From positions 297 to 64,296 of the IMG/VR virus record IMGVR_UViG_3300042327_000405: a stretch of DNA of 64,000 nt; one strand, written 5' to 3'. Positions 27,948-38,894 of this stretch are shown one piece after another. Below the pieces are notes generated by a model. That model saw only the letters and a program-made list of their open reading frames with translations. It was not told the origin of the DNA and did no database searches. Both the position numbers and the translations under genes were made by a program. Origin of the DNA: a virus. Taxonomy: Duplodnaviria; Caudoviricetes. Position 1 is the first letter of the stretch, and each line of letters opens with the position of its first letter.

Positions 27948-29081
27948 CTATGCGTCTGCTGCAGCGTCAGCGAATGCGATTGCATCCTCTTCTTCCCAGT
28001 TGATACCGAAGCGAACGAATACAGTGTATTCAATTGTATCCTTCTTCGCTACGTACTCACGGTTTACAGTGATGTCTCTTTGGAATCCCCATACACGGTT
28101 TGCAGGGAATGTCAAATCGATATAGCCTGCTGGGTAGTAAGGAACTTCCTGAACTTCGATTCCGAGAACACGAGTTGTACGTGCTCCACCGAATGTCTGT
28201 CCGATACCATCAAGGTATGACTGGCGGTTTGCTTGGGTTGATCCTGGGACCTGTCCAGCAAATGCTTCTGCTACTGCATCAGCAAGTGTACCGTTGTTCT
28301 TAACGATTCCACCGAATGCATCTGTACCTGCGTAGAACTTAAGATTGTTCTTAAGTGCACGGTACTTACGTGGCATTGCATTGATGATGCCCTGCATTAC
28401 ATCAGGTGTCCAAGCATTATCTGCTACGGTTACTACTGACTCATGTGCATCTCCGTTTGTCTTTACCTTATTGATAAAGCCTGGCATGATTGACAAGAAT
28501 GCTCCTGTTGCACCATCACCATTGATAGCGAGATCTTCGATATCGTTTGCGAATGCGTTGGTCATCAAGCGTACCAAGTGATCTTCTAGAGCGTCACCTT
28601 CTACACCATCTTCCAATGATTCTGCTGTTACTTCCCAATCAAGACGAATCTTCTTGGTAGTAAGTTCGACCTTAGAGAATGTTGCGCCTGTGTTTGTGTA
28701 GTTACCAACTGCTTGCGCTGCTGCACGAATTACACGCTCTCCGACGTTTACCTTCTCAAGTTCCATAGAATTAGCCTTCATTGTTACACGACGGCCATCC
28801 TTTGCTAATACTGTTGCATCCCAAACATAGTCGATAAAACGACGTGCCTGCTCAGGGCGCAAAATTCCAGAAGCCGCTGAACCACTAGGGTTAACAGCGT
28901 TTGCTCCGCTTGTAGATCCAAGAGTTGCTGTTGGAATGTTGCCCAGTGTGTCTGCTCCTGGGTTTGATACTCCACCAATTCCACCTGATGCGAAAGCACC
29001 TTGACCCTGGTAAAGTCCTGGTGTTGTTCCACCTAGATCTCCCGCAGCGCCTGGCTGGTTTTTGATTATTTCTTCTGACAT
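27948..29081 (-). CDS. Major capsid protein (HK97 fold)
   Basis: GILRPEQARRFID and ANDIEDLAINGD; start MSEEII with SD AGGAGG; follows the protease/scaffold. Confidence 0.92.
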   Translation of the reverse strand: MSEEIIKNQPGAAGDLGGTTPGLYQGQGAFASGGIGGVSNPGADTLGNIPTATLGSTSGANAVNPSGSAASGILRPEQARRFIDYVWDATVLAKDGRRVTMKANSMELEKVNVGERVIRAAAQAVGNYTNTGATFSKVELTTKKIRLDWEVTAESLEDGVEGDALEDHLVRLMTNAFANDIEDLAINGDGATGAFLSIMPGFINKVKTNGDAHESVVTVADNAWTPDVMQGIINAMPRKYRALKNNLKFYAGTDAFGGIVKNNGTLADAVAEAFAGQVPGSTQANRQSYLDGIGQTFGGARTTRVLGIEVQEVPYYPAGYIDLTFPANRVWGFQRDITVNREYVAKKDTIEYTVFVRFGINWEEEDAIAFADAAADA

Positions 29082-29104
29082 ATTGTCACCTCCTAGTGAT
29101 TTGT

Positions 29105-29683
29105 TCATTTGAATAGATCGGCTGTTTTGAGGAAACTACCGCCCCATAGGGATTTTTCAACCATTTCAGGTTGAGACTGGAAGATATCGCCGATATCTCC
29201 AGACTTTCGGAATGCGGTGTCTGCTTCCACAGCGTCTACTCGTTTTCCAAATTCATTAAACTCATTTGATACTGCTGCAATATCTTTTGCAACTGCCTCA
29301 AATGAATCCTTTACTGTGTCAACATCTACCTTTGAAGACTTAAGAAGTTCTACTTCTGCTTGCAAAGATTTTACTGTTGATAATAGATCGCTAAAGGCTG
29401 ATTCTAGAGTATTCTTCATTTCAGTAACTGCAATTGCAATTACTTCTTCTGACTTAGATACTTCTACAACTGCTTCTGTTACTGTTTCAACTGCTTCAGC
29501 ATCTTCTGCTTTAGCAATCTCTTCTACTACGACTTCGTCTGCCTTGACAACATCTGTTGCCTCAACCTCTTCTGCCTTAGCAACTTCTTCAATAACTTCT
29601 GCAACTGATGCATCTGCCTCTGGAGCGACCATAACATCTTCAACTACGTCTGTCTTTTCGACTTGTGTTTTTGATTTTGTCAT
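29105..29683 (-). CDS. Nested in-frame scaffolding protein
   Basis: AAGGAGGT at 29691-29698, 7 nt before an in-frame ATG (MTKSKTQVEK). Confidence 0.6.
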   Translation of the reverse strand: MTKSKTQVEKTDVVEDVMVAPEADASVAEVIEEVAKAEEVEATDVVKADEVVVEEIAKAEDAEAVETVTEAVVEVSKSEEVIAIAVTEMKNTLESAFSDLLSTVKSLQAEVELLKSSKVDVDTVKDSFEAVAKDIAAVSNEFNEFGKRVDAVEADTAFRKSGDIGDIFQSQPEMVEKSLWGGSFLKTADLFK

Positions 29684-30442
29684 AGGTTGTACCTCCTTGT
29701 TAATCTTAGAAGTATTAATGCCTTTAGCACTATCAACTAAGAATTTTATCATGTCTATCTTTTCATTATCCGTTTTTTCAACGAAACCTATATTTGCCAT
29801 TTGTTCACCAGTAGTTGGACTTAACTCTGACTCATTTTCTGAAACCATTACAATTCCCGATTCTTTATCATAAAAAACATTTTCTAAAACTGTTTCATCA
29901 GCCTTGATAACATCTACGCCATCAACCTTTTCAACAGAAACAATATTGGCAAATTGATTTGCTGGGGAATCTACAAGACTCAACTCAATCAAATCGTATT
30001 GCTTAATAATTCTAATTGCTTTGTCTGACTTTTCATCAAACCCATCGTCCCACTTATTCATTTTTCCGCCAATAGAAAAACCAGCAAGAGTTCCGTCTAG
30101 AACCTTTTCCCAAGTATCTTGTGCACCCTTTGAAACATAAGCAGATACAAATACTCCATTATAAAATTTCTTTGATTCTGGATCAAAATATTTTTCTGCT
30201 TTGAAGTTTACCATCTTGCCTACTGCTAGTGGCTGGTGCATTTCTCTAATGTTCCCTCGGAATTTTGCAAATGCTTCCATTGATGCTTCTGCTGTTACAA
30301 TGTCGTCTTGCTTGTCAATATTATCAAGTGATGCAAACCCAGATACGATTCGTCGCTCTTTGTCTACCTTACTAAAAGGCATTGAAAGACGCAGATTATC
30401 CCCATCTGAATTCCAATGGGCCTTAGATATATTGCTCACCAT
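29105..30442 (-). CDS. Prohead protease with C-terminal scaffold region
   Basis: IVSGFAS...REMH...GFSIGG...ELSLVDSPAN (HK97-type protease), then an acidic coiled-coil tail. Confidence 0.9.
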   Translation of the reverse strand: MVSNISKAHWNSDGDNLRLSMPFSKVDKERRIVSGFASLDNIDKQDDIVTAEASMEAFAKFRGNIREMHQPLAVGKMVNFKAEKYFDPESKKFYNGVFVSAYVSKGAQDTWEKVLDGTLAGFSIGGKMNKWDDGFDEKSDKAIRIIKQYDLIELSLVDSPANQFANIVSVEKVDGVDVIKADETVLENVFYDKESGIVMVSENESELSPTTGEQMANIGFVEKTDNEKIDMIKFLVDSAKGINTSKINKEVQPMTKSKTQVEKTDVVEDVMVAPEADASVAEVIEEVAKAEEVEATDVVKADEVVVEEIAKAEDAEAVETVTEAVVEVSKSEEVIAIAVTEMKNTLESAFSDLLSTVKSLQAEVELLKSSKVDVDTVKDSFEAVAKDIAAVSNEFNEFGKRVDAVEADTAFRKSGDIGDIFQSQPEMVEKSLWGGSFLKTADLFK

Positions 30443-30495
30443 TATATTATATACCCCTTTTTTCCATATCTTAAATATTGAGATGCCAAAAGCAA

Positions 30496-31089
30496 CTATC
30501 TTCTGTCATACTTAACCCAATAGGGTTTTGTTGATTTTAAAAATAACTCAAGGCTTTCTTCTCCTAGGCTAAATACCTGCTCTGCTACTCGATAATACTG
30601 AGTGTCTTTTTTTGCCAAATGAACAAAAAGAAGCAATAAATAGTCTTTTTCATCTGTAGATGGCCAGGCTGGTCTTAAATGAAAGTCATGGTCTCCCGCA
30701 AGGAAAAATACAGAGTTTATAGGATTTGAAAAACTTTGATCTTCAATAATCAGAGGCCAGTCAAGTGTAGAATCAATTGCAACATCCATAACCCATTCTC
30801 CAGTAACTAAGTCTTTGTGACCTCCTAGTTGTGGAATATTTTTACCTTTAATTTGATACAAAACTATCTGAGAATAGATCACCTCTAAAGATTCTTCATT
30901 GGTTTCTTTTCTTGCTTTATCTAGTAATAGGCTCTTAATTTCTTCTGGTAAAAGTAATATCTTATAATATCTTGTAAACTCTTCGCTATAGTCCATGTTG
31001 GCTGGATCTTTAACTTGTGAAAAAACAAAATCTTGTACCTGTTTAAATGTTTCTTTATCAAAAAAATCATATTTAACTATAGATTTCAT
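30496..31089 (-). CDS. Putative 2OG-Fe(II) oxygenase-like protein
   Basis: HKD...DWPLIIE...HLRP, an HxD...H..R pattern. Confidence 0.55.
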   Translation of the reverse strand: MKSIVKYDFFDKETFKQVQDFVFSQVKDPANMDYSEEFTRYYKILLLPEEIKSLLLDKARKETNEESLEVIYSQIVLYQIKGKNIPQLGGHKDLVTGEWVMDVAIDSTLDWPLIIEDQSFSNPINSVFFLAGDHDFHLRPAWPSTDEKDYLLLLFVHLAKKDTQYYRVAEQVFSLGEESLELFLKSTKPYWVKYDRR

Positions 31090-32681
31090 TATGTGGTGGA
31101 CCGCCCCTCTCCTTTTGGATTTCTGCCAGCAACTGTTGAAGTGCTGTCAGAATTGTTATTTGTTCTTTCTGCATCTCGTGACCTTGTTGTAGTTGCCTCT
31201 GCTGCAGTTGTTGGCTTAAGGTCTAAGACCTCGTCACCACCATCTCTTTGTGGCATATCTAAAACAACTCTTGCCTCATTAGGAGTTATAATTTGATTCT
31301 TAACATAACGCTCAAGAATTTGAGACTGAGCAATTTCATCTGTAAGTGTTAGTTCATTAAACATAAACTCAATGATGTCTGTCTTTTCACGAATAATCTT
31401 ATTGATCATTTTTTCAAGTTGTCTTTGTGCTGGTCGTGCAACTTGCTCCTTAAAGGTGCGATCCTGTGCAAGTGCTGCTGCAATAGATCCAGAATCGCCA
31501 CCTCCAAGTTTAGACAGTGGCACTTGGTGTGCTACTAGGATGTCATCACGGTTTTGTTTACGATACTCTTTAAATGAGCCGTCTTGTATACCGTCTTCGA
31601 TGGGTTCCATTTTAAATTCAACTTTGTTATTTTCGCTATCACCTGGAAGTGGAATATATAGCGTTCTGTGTGACTGCCCTCTGAGATTTGTTTGCAAGAA
31701 TCGAAACATCTTATCTTCTGCATCTCCAGAAAGTTTTGCACCCTTTAATGTTACAACATAACGTGGTACTGCCTTGTTTGCAAAGTAATCAATATTGTAT
31801 TGTGAAGCAAGCGAGTCTCCGTGTAATGAGTTTATTGCCGACATAATGTCTGGAACTCCGTAAAATGTATTCAGAGGTGAGTACTGTTTGAAATGAATAA
31901 TTTCGTTTGGTCTGGCATCTGTTGTTAGTGGGTTTTGATTCTTTGCTCCAAAGTTACGGAAGTAAACAATCTTGTTTCCAATGATCTGAACGTACCCGTC
32001 TTTGATTCTTCGTACTCTCATTGTTGTTGCTGGTATATGTCCAACGTAACCAATTTCTCCACGAGTGGTTCTACCAATTTCTAAATAACCGTTTCCAGTT
32101 GACTGAAGATCTGTGTAAACCTTTTCCATTGTTGCAGTAAATGAGTCATCATCATTTAATGACTCTAGCCAGTCTCTTACTTCAATCTTTGCTCTTTCAA
32201 TTCTCTTACGTGCTTTTTGTGTAGCACTGTTATCTTCTGAAGATTCAAGCCTTAACATTGTTCTTGGAGAAACCTTAAACTCATAGCCAAGGCCTACAAT
32301 GTTTTCTACCTTTGCATCAATTGCTGCGTGGTTTGCAAATGAGGTATCGTAGTAGTTTGCTAATTCATAAAGATTCCATGGTGGTGTAATAACATCAAAC
32401 ATTCCGTAGCCGTTTACATACACAAGACCTGGGTTTATTTCTTTTGACTGTGCTCCATCAATACCGCTTTTTCCAGCAAGGGCTGCAGTTGTATACTGAG
32501 TTGTTGGCTCAACCATCTTTGTTGCAGATCTGCTAATGCGTCTTTTAAAGTTTGCTTCTAGTCCATCAAGAGATTTTAATGAATCCCAATTTCCATTAAA
32601 GGGGTCGGACTTTGAAAATGTTTCATCTTTCTTTATTGCATCATCAATTCGTGCTTGGATCTCGTAATCGTTATCTTCCAT
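31089..32681 (-). CDS. Portal protein
   Basis: TGNGYLE, EIIHFK...YGVPD and ITPNEAR motifs. Confidence 0.92.
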   Translation of the reverse strand: MEDNDYEIQARIDDAIKKDETFSKSDPFNGNWDSLKSLDGLEANFKRRISRSATKMVEPTTQYTTAALAGKSGIDGAQSKEINPGLVYVNGYGMFDVITPPWNLYELANYYDTSFANHAAIDAKVENIVGLGYEFKVSPRTMLRLESSEDNSATQKARKRIERAKIEVRDWLESLNDDDSFTATMEKVYTDLQSTGNGYLEIGRTTRGEIGYVGHIPATTMRVRRIKDGYVQIIGNKIVYFRNFGAKNQNPLTTDARPNEIIHFKQYSPLNTFYGVPDIMSAINSLHGDSLASQYNIDYFANKAVPRYVVTLKGAKLSGDAEDKMFRFLQTNLRGQSHRTLYIPLPGDSENNKVEFKMEPIEDGIQDGSFKEYRKQNRDDILVAHQVPLSKLGGGDSGSIAAALAQDRTFKEQVARPAQRQLEKMINKIIREKTDIIEFMFNELTLTDEIAQSQILERYVKNQIITPNEARVVLDMPQRDGGDEVLDLKPTTAAEATTTRSRDAERTNNNSDSTSTVAGRNPKGEGRSTT

Positions 32682-32683
32682 GA

Positions 32684-33070
32684 TTAGTCCTCATCTCCAT
32701 ATTTAGCAATCGTATCTTTTGCTGCTTGTACTGCTCCAAGATCGTTAAGTGATGGAATTAGGCCAGCATTTAGTCTGTCTACCTGCTCAGAATATTCTTC
32801 TTCTGAAACTCTTGTTAGTCCTGGAACAAATACGCATGTCCCGTCTCCTGGATCACCGTAGTGCATTGCAGTCTTTTTTAATTCTGCCATTCTAGAAATA
32901 TCGTTTTTATCTGAAGGAATATTAAGTACGGAACCATTTCCGTCTGTGAACCATTTGCCATTTGCCTTTTTATACACATAAAGGCCCCAGTCATAGTTCT
33001 TTTCAATGACTTGTCGTCTCACATTTTTTACAATTGGTTCACCAGTTTTTGGGTTTATTAAGGAATCCAT
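32684..33070 (-). CDS. Hypothetical protein upstream of the portal
   Basis: Leaderless start 7 nt after TGGTATACT. Confidence 0.7.
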   Translation of the reverse strand: MDSLINPKTGEPIVKNVRRQVIEKNYDWGLYVYKKANGKWFTDGNGSVLNIPSDKNDISRMAELKKTAMHYGDPGDGTCVFVPGLTRVSEEEYSEQVDRLNAGLIPSLNDLGAVQAAKDTIAKYGDED

Positions 33071-33088
33071 AACCATAAGTATACCATA

Positions 33089-36000
33089 TTAAACTGGATC
33101 TACTACGACTTGGCTCCAATTTACGTCTGAGTACTGGGTATACTTGTAATTGCCAAACCTCAAAACCTTGTCATCATCTACTATTATTTTATTTGTTCCC
33201 GTATAACTCTTATAAACTTCAGACGGGTCAACACCATAATAACTGGTTTCTGATAAAACAAGAACCTTGTTCCAGTTAAATGAACCAGGATTCCAAAATT
33301 TCCAATCTAAATCAGTAGAATTAAGAACCTTAACTCTAAGCCAAGGCCTTTCAGAAATATTCTGAACCTCCTGAAGATTTGTTGCCTGGTAGAAAGATAT
33401 GTTATTAAATAGTAGTGGTCCAGTTAGCCTAATTGCTCCCTCAAAATATGAGAAGTCTAGGCTATCTGCAAAACTAATACCAAGGAATCCCCAGTCTTGT
33501 AAAGTGACAACTGGCTCTTTGACAATCTTTCCGTTCCAATAAAATCCTATTCCATTTTGAACTAAACCAGTTTTTGCGTCAATTGCATAAATTTTTGCTC
33601 GCCTTCCACTTGGATCGCAAGCAACAAGGTAAAACTTAATGTATGAGCCTTTACTTTCTATTTCAAAAATTTGTGTTGGAGCGTATGGGAAATAGTCTCC
33701 ATCAAATCTAATAGCAAGTTGCATAGCAATAACTTTAAATCCTTCTGCTCTACTCTGATTGACTGGAATCATAAGCCCTCGATTAATAAGGGGATCATAA
33801 ATTCCTTTTAATTGAATTCCACTTGTCTTAGTTAAATAAAGATAAGGCGATGATGCATTATAAATTGAAAAAGGATTATTCTTTTTAAAATTATAGTAAA
33901 TACCATTTTTTGTGTAAGGGTATATAGGTGTCCCAAATCTAGTACCAATAGGACTTGCGTCCGACTCATTAAGCGCTTGAGATGCATAAGACATATTTTT
34001 AATACTTACATTATTTGTTTCAGAATTCTTTACATTAATATCTATGTGTGTTACTATTGATAAATCATTAAAATCAACTCCTATAGGAGGATATATAATC
34101 ATGTTATCTACAACTTCATACTTTGTTGTCATCCAGTCTGATCCTGGAATTAAGACTCCGTTTCTTGCAGGCTTTTCTATTTTAGAAAAATAAGACGAAG
34201 TTGCATTTGCGCCGAGTTCTGTGTACTGGAATGTTATATATGTTTTTACAAGTGCACCCTCAGTATCATACCTGTAGTCTTTTGCAACCTTATTTTTTAA
34301 ATCTTCATAATCGTTATAACCAGTAAATAGATAGTTATCTAATGATTCATAAGTTCTTTGAACTGGAGAACCGTATTGATTTTCAAGATCTAAATATGTC
34401 CAGTCTACTGGATCAGTTTCTATGGCAATTGTTTTTGTTGGAATTGGATAATTAACATTAAACTGTATAAAATCAAGATCAAAATATTGATCTCCTCTTT
34501 TATCAAAAACTGATTCTGCAAAATAAGTTAGTGGTAGATTATCTTCCCAATAAGCGTTTGAAGCAACAGCAAGCGTGTATCTATTAAATAAAATACTTGG
34601 GACCAAAGTGTAACTTGCTATATGCTCAATCAAAAAGTCTTCTTCTAAAAGAATTACTCCTCCTCCAGAAATTGCTCCTGTAACAGTATCAGTTGTCCCG
34701 CCAGAGGGTGGTAAAGAGGTTGTGTCAATGCCTGCATCAATATCTATTTGTTGGTTATTTTGATAAGCAAGGAATAAGTCTTCGTTTAGTTTTGTAACTC
34801 CTATTTCATTAAACAAGTTTTTTATTTTTTGAAAATTATAATCTGTTGCAAACCCTACATTGTAAATTTTACCATTAAATGTTGCCGTATTAGTCTTATC
34901 TCCTCCAACATACATTCTCAAATCTGAAAAAGAGCCAAAAAAATCTGACACAGGATTTCCAAAGATTTCCACAAATCTAGGAATGTTAATACCTACTTCA
35001 AAAAATTCATTTTGATTTAAGACTTCAGAAGAATATAAAGTTTCTGAATTTCCATTAATGCTTATTATATATTTTAAAATGTTGTTTTCTACTTGTATTT
35101 TAAAATAATTAGAAGTATTTTCTTTTTCAATTTTAAAAAGTATTTGTGGCGTAGTTGCGTTATTTTTTAATTGAAAGCAGCCATAGAATGCTGATACAGG
35201 AGTTTTTAAAACATCAAAGTTTTCAAAGAACAAATATCCAAAGACATTGTCCCAAGAAGAGTTTGGCCTAAAAGAAAAATATTCTCTATCGTCATAAAAA
35301 AAATCTGCAGGGTTTAATATATTATTAGAAATTTTATTATCTTGAAATAGTTCTAATTTTGTTTTAGAAGAAAGGATTACCTCTGGAAGTGGGTGAGAAA
35401 TTACAGACAAAGATCTATTTGATGTTGAAATATTATCACCAAACCCTTGACTCCAAGATCCTGTTTTTGGATAAGAATAATTTGCCGTATAGTCTGCAAA
35501 TGAATAGTCAATTGCAATTGATGTACCACTATATGATGTATTAATGTTTTCTGGAATCTCAACTCCTTGACCAAAAACATATCTTCTTTTTGCAACCTGA
35601 TTAGCAACTAAATATGGATAGATTCCAACACAGTCTATATCTATTGAAGAGATATCCTCATAAGCATAAAATCCAATCCAGTCTTGATCTTTGCCATTTA
35701 CAATCTTTGATGGAAGATCTGCCGTTTCTTGAATATAGGGAATAGATATTACTTCTTCTCCATTAATTAAAAGAGAGGCATTGTCTTTTCCAACTTTTAA
35801 ATGAATAAGCATTGGCCTTGTCCATTCACCAACATAATTAGTTTTATACTCATTACCAATTTTTAAACCTACTGATGGACCGTCTACATATATTCCATCT
35901 AAAGAGTTTATTGGGCCTATAATTCTTTTGGTTTCATTAGTATAAGAATCTATTCTTATCCATGCTTCTAAAGTATATTGTTTATACTGTCCAGACTTAT

Positions 36001-36835
36001 TTAGCATTCCAACACCAGGGAATATGATAGACGGCATGCCATTGTTTTCATATAAGGTTGTATGTCCATCAGTGCCATATACTAAAGGTATTCCAGAATT
36101 TTTTGCTTTTAACATATTGTTAGAAGAAAGATAATAGGCATCTAGTTCTTGCAAGCCATAGCATTTTGCAACTAAACCCTTTTGTGGTGAAAGAGATATG
36201 GTTGAAGGAATATTTATAAGTTCCGTCCCCAAAGATGTTGAAGAAAATTCTTCTGACCACTGTCCCAAAGTTATTCCGTTAATTCTAAAGGCATTTTCTG
36301 TTTTTGAATTTCCTACAAAGTTAATTTTAATAATCAATTTAAATTCTGATTCAGTTTTAGGAATATCAAATGTTTCTGATATAAAAATCCAACTTCTATT
36401 TATTACTGAATTAAAACTTTTTAAATTAATAATATTTTGACCGCTTGTTGTATCTGTATATTGGTATCCAATTTCAAATCCAGAGACATAAGAGCCTTCT
36501 GAATACAAGTAGGATCCTATTGAGAAGGTTCCTAAATATTTGTTTAGGTCAGATGTCTTAATTGTATATTTACTTTTTAAAACTACTGATGCATTTTTAT
36601 CAGATGTGGGGTTTGCGACAACTCTTCCAACAAAACTGTCTGTGAATGGCTCACTTAGCGACTGGGGAAAACTGGAGGCCACGCCACCAACTATTTCCCA
36701 TTTTGTGGGATCAGAGATAAATCTTTTATCTTCAGAAATTAAAGAAATATAGTCAGCATTATCATCAAGTGCCCATAGCCCAATAGGGTGTTCTGCAAAC
36801 ACTTTTTCTGCGTAGAGGTTTGATGGAATAGACAT
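33089..36835 (-). CDS. Large virion structural protein (LamG/concanavalin-like)
   Basis: 1248 aa; HPIGLWALDD and YTLEAWI...LLINGEEV LamG-like patterns. Confidence 0.6.
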   Translation of the reverse strand: MSIPSNLYAEKVFAEHPIGLWALDDNADYISLISEDKRFISDPTKWEIVGGVASSFPQSLSEPFTDSFVGRVVANPTSDKNASVVLKSKYTIKTSDLNKYLGTFSIGSYLYSEGSYVSGFEIGYQYTDTTSGQNIINLKSFNSVINRSWIFISETFDIPKTESEFKLIIKINFVGNSKTENAFRINGITLGQWSEEFSSTSLGTELINIPSTISLSPQKGLVAKCYGLQELDAYYLSSNNMLKAKNSGIPLVYGTDGHTTLYENNGMPSIIFPGVGMLNKSGQYKQYTLEAWIRIDSYTNETKRIIGPINSLDGIYVDGPSVGLKIGNEYKTNYVGEWTRPMLIHLKVGKDNASLLINGEEVISIPYIQETADLPSKIVNGKDQDWIGFYAYEDISSIDIDCVGIYPYLVANQVAKRRYVFGQGVEIPENINTSYSGTSIAIDYSFADYTANYSYPKTGSWSQGFGDNISTSNRSLSVISHPLPEVILSSKTKLELFQDNKISNNILNPADFFYDDREYFSFRPNSSWDNVFGYLFFENFDVLKTPVSAFYGCFQLKNNATTPQILFKIEKENTSNYFKIQVENNILKYIISINGNSETLYSSEVLNQNEFFEVGINIPRFVEIFGNPVSDFFGSFSDLRMYVGGDKTNTATFNGKIYNVGFATDYNFQKIKNLFNEIGVTKLNEDLFLAYQNNQQIDIDAGIDTTSLPPSGGTTDTVTGAISGGGVILLEEDFLIEHIASYTLVPSILFNRYTLAVASNAYWEDNLPLTYFAESVFDKRGDQYFDLDFIQFNVNYPIPTKTIAIETDPVDWTYLDLENQYGSPVQRTYESLDNYLFTGYNDYEDLKNKVAKDYRYDTEGALVKTYITFQYTELGANATSSYFSKIEKPARNGVLIPGSDWMTTKYEVVDNMIIYPPIGVDFNDLSIVTHIDINVKNSETNNVSIKNMSYASQALNESDASPIGTRFGTPIYPYTKNGIYYNFKKNNPFSIYNASSPYLYLTKTSGIQLKGIYDPLINRGLMIPVNQSRAEGFKVIAMQLAIRFDGDYFPYAPTQIFEIESKGSYIKFYLVACDPSGRRAKIYAIDAKTGLVQNGIGFYWNGKIVKEPVVTLQDWGFLGISFADSLDFSYFEGAIRLTGPLLFNNISFYQATNLQEVQNISERPWLRVKVLNSTDLDWKFWNPGSFNWNKVLVLSETSYYGVDPSEVYKSYTGTNKIIVDDDKVLRFGNYKYTQYSDVNWSQVVVDPV

Positions 36836-36860
36836 TATAGGTCTATTTTACCACAGAAGG

Positions 36861-38894
36861 CTACTTGTTTATTTTAATCTCACAGTAGTCAGTAGTGCAG
36901 TACATCTCTCCTTGAGCCTCAAGATTTTCTGCTCCATCATAAATAGCAGCAAAATCAATGTGCTTTAACTTGCCAATATACGACTCGTATTGCTCTTCAT
37001 TAATTTGAGTGTATGGCTGTTGTGGATATGTATGATTTCCCATTGGTAGGAATGATACTGCTTTTAACTGTCCTTCGTACATGTGGAGTGCTGGAACAAC
37101 ATGCTTTGACTCTGTTTCTTTGTCAAATGAAAGTGTTACAGAAACACCATTGTCAGACCAGTACTTTTGAGCAGTTGCTGCAAGTGCGATCTTCTCAAAC
37201 AACGTAACATCTTTTTCAGATCTTGGATGACCTGACTTAATTGGGAAGTATACAACTGATGTGTTTGCTGACACTACGTCATCTTCAATTGTGTACCCCG
37301 CTGCTTTGAACAAGTGCATCATTGGGTCTGTATTTCCAAATCGAACTGCACGAAGGAAGAAGTTTCCTCCAGGTCCCCAGTGAACTCCAGGAGTTGCGCC
37401 AGAAAGGATTGAAACTGATCCTGATGGCTTAACTGTTGTTACACGAATTGATTCACGAACACATAGCCATTCTGAATACTGATGATCATAGTGACGAATC
37501 TTGTTGTAACCTTCGTCCATCCACTCACGAACAATTGGCAAACCCTTTTGATCTGCAAATGATGCAATACCAGTAAGTGATGTACCAATACGACGATTGC
37601 GTTGCATGATACCGTTTGTTTGTGGCCAGTGTGTTGGAACAAGTGTTACAGTCTTTCCATAAAGGTATGCAAACTTCAGGGTACGCAAGAAGTCTTCCTT
37701 AGATTCATGACGATTTAAGTGCACTTCTACAAGTGTGCATAGTTCGTATGATTCCAACGGCTGCTCCGCACATGGGTTGAATCCCATTACACGATAATCC
37801 TTACCGTCTGGCGCATCCTTTAGTCGTCCATAATTACGGGCAACATCAAGCCAAATAAAACCTGGTTCTCCATTTTCCGTAATTAAATCTACATAGTCTT
37901 CGTAATCTGTTCCTACTTCTGCTGAAATAGAATTATTAGACATCCAAGCCCAGCCTGGATTTTCTGGATCAAAAGAATTTCGTTCTGGGAACATCTCTGA
38001 GTTCTTTAGATTCATGAATGTTTCATCCCCTTCATTACCTAAAGCAAGAGTTGCTGATCTGCGGACATTGCCTGATACCACACAAGTACCAATGAGGTTT
38101 ACAAGGTCTACAATGGCACGAGAATCTAGTGTTTCTCCGCCTCTGGAGCCGATTACACGGTCTATCTGGTCGTGCAACTTGATAAGAGGTGCAGGCCCTG
38201 ATGCAACGCCTCCAAAGCCCTTAATAGGTGCTCCAAGTGGTCTGATCAAATCGTAGTTAAATTTCTGAATACTCTGGTTTGCTCTCAAATAAGAGTTGAT
38301 AAGGAGTCGTACTGACTCTACCCAGCCTTCACGAGTGTCTGGAATTTCGAACACCTGTTCTGGTTCTGTTGGGGTATAGATTGAGAAATTCTTATCCTGT
38401 CCCACTGTATCAAACCCTACACCAATGCCAAGCATCAAGGCGTCCATTACCCAAGCAAAAAGTGCTCCTGGATCGTTCTTATCAAGGTCCTTTGTAGATA
38501 CCATTGCACAGTTCTGTAGTGCTGCTGAGTTCTTCTTCTCCATAGTCATAGGAGTTCCAAATGCCCACATGCCACGGCCTGGTGGTGTCCATTTTAATTC
38601 AAACATTCTTTGGAATGCTTCTTGTGCTGACTTCTGAGCCTTATAGTCATTCCATGGCAAACGGTTTTCTTTAGCATGATTCTTCTGAACTGAATACATA
38701 CCCTCGATTACACGGCGACAAACCTCGTGCCATCTTTCCTTAGTTCCGTCTTCCTTCATTCGAGAATATGTACGAATAAAAGTAATCTCTCCAAGTGAAT
38801 TTTCTGCTGCATCTTTAAACCCAAATGGGCTTTCTTGGTTCTTGTACTTTTCTACAAAGTCTTCTGGAAGTTTAAAACTAAAAAAATCTGACAT
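36861..38894 (-). CDS. nrdJ: Class II (adenosylcobalamin-dependent) ribonucleotide reductase, RTPR type
   Basis: PPGRG, LQNC, GNVRRSA, NPCAEQ, TTVKPSG; C-terminal CTTDYC. Confidence 0.93.
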   Translation of the reverse strand: MSDFFSFKLPEDFVEKYKNQESPFGFKDAAENSLGEITFIRTYSRMKEDGTKERWHEVCRRVIEGMYSVQKNHAKENRLPWNDYKAQKSAQEAFQRMFELKWTPPGRGMWAFGTPMTMEKKNSAALQNCAMVSTKDLDKNDPGALFAWVMDALMLGIGVGFDTVGQDKNFSIYTPTEPEQVFEIPDTREGWVESVRLLINSYLRANQSIQKFNYDLIRPLGAPIKGFGGVASGPAPLIKLHDQIDRVIGSRGGETLDSRAIVDLVNLIGTCVVSGNVRRSATLALGNEGDETFMNLKNSEMFPERNSFDPENPGWAWMSNNSISAEVGTDYEDYVDLITENGEPGFIWLDVARNYGRLKDAPDGKDYRVMGFNPCAEQPLESYELCTLVEVHLNRHESKEDFLRTLKFAYLYGKTVTLVPTHWPQTNGIMQRNRRIGTSLTGIASFADQKGLPIVREWMDEGYNKIRHYDHQYSEWLCVRESIRVTTVKPSGSVSILSGATPGVHWGPGGNFFLRAVRFGNTDPMMHLFKAAGYTIEDDVVSANTSVVYFPIKSGHPRSEKDVTLFEKIALAATAQKYWSDNGVSVTLSFDKETESKHVVPALHMYEGQLKAVSFLPMGNHTYPQQPYTQINEEQYESYIGKLKHIDFAAIYDGAENLEAQGEMYCTTDYCEIKINK

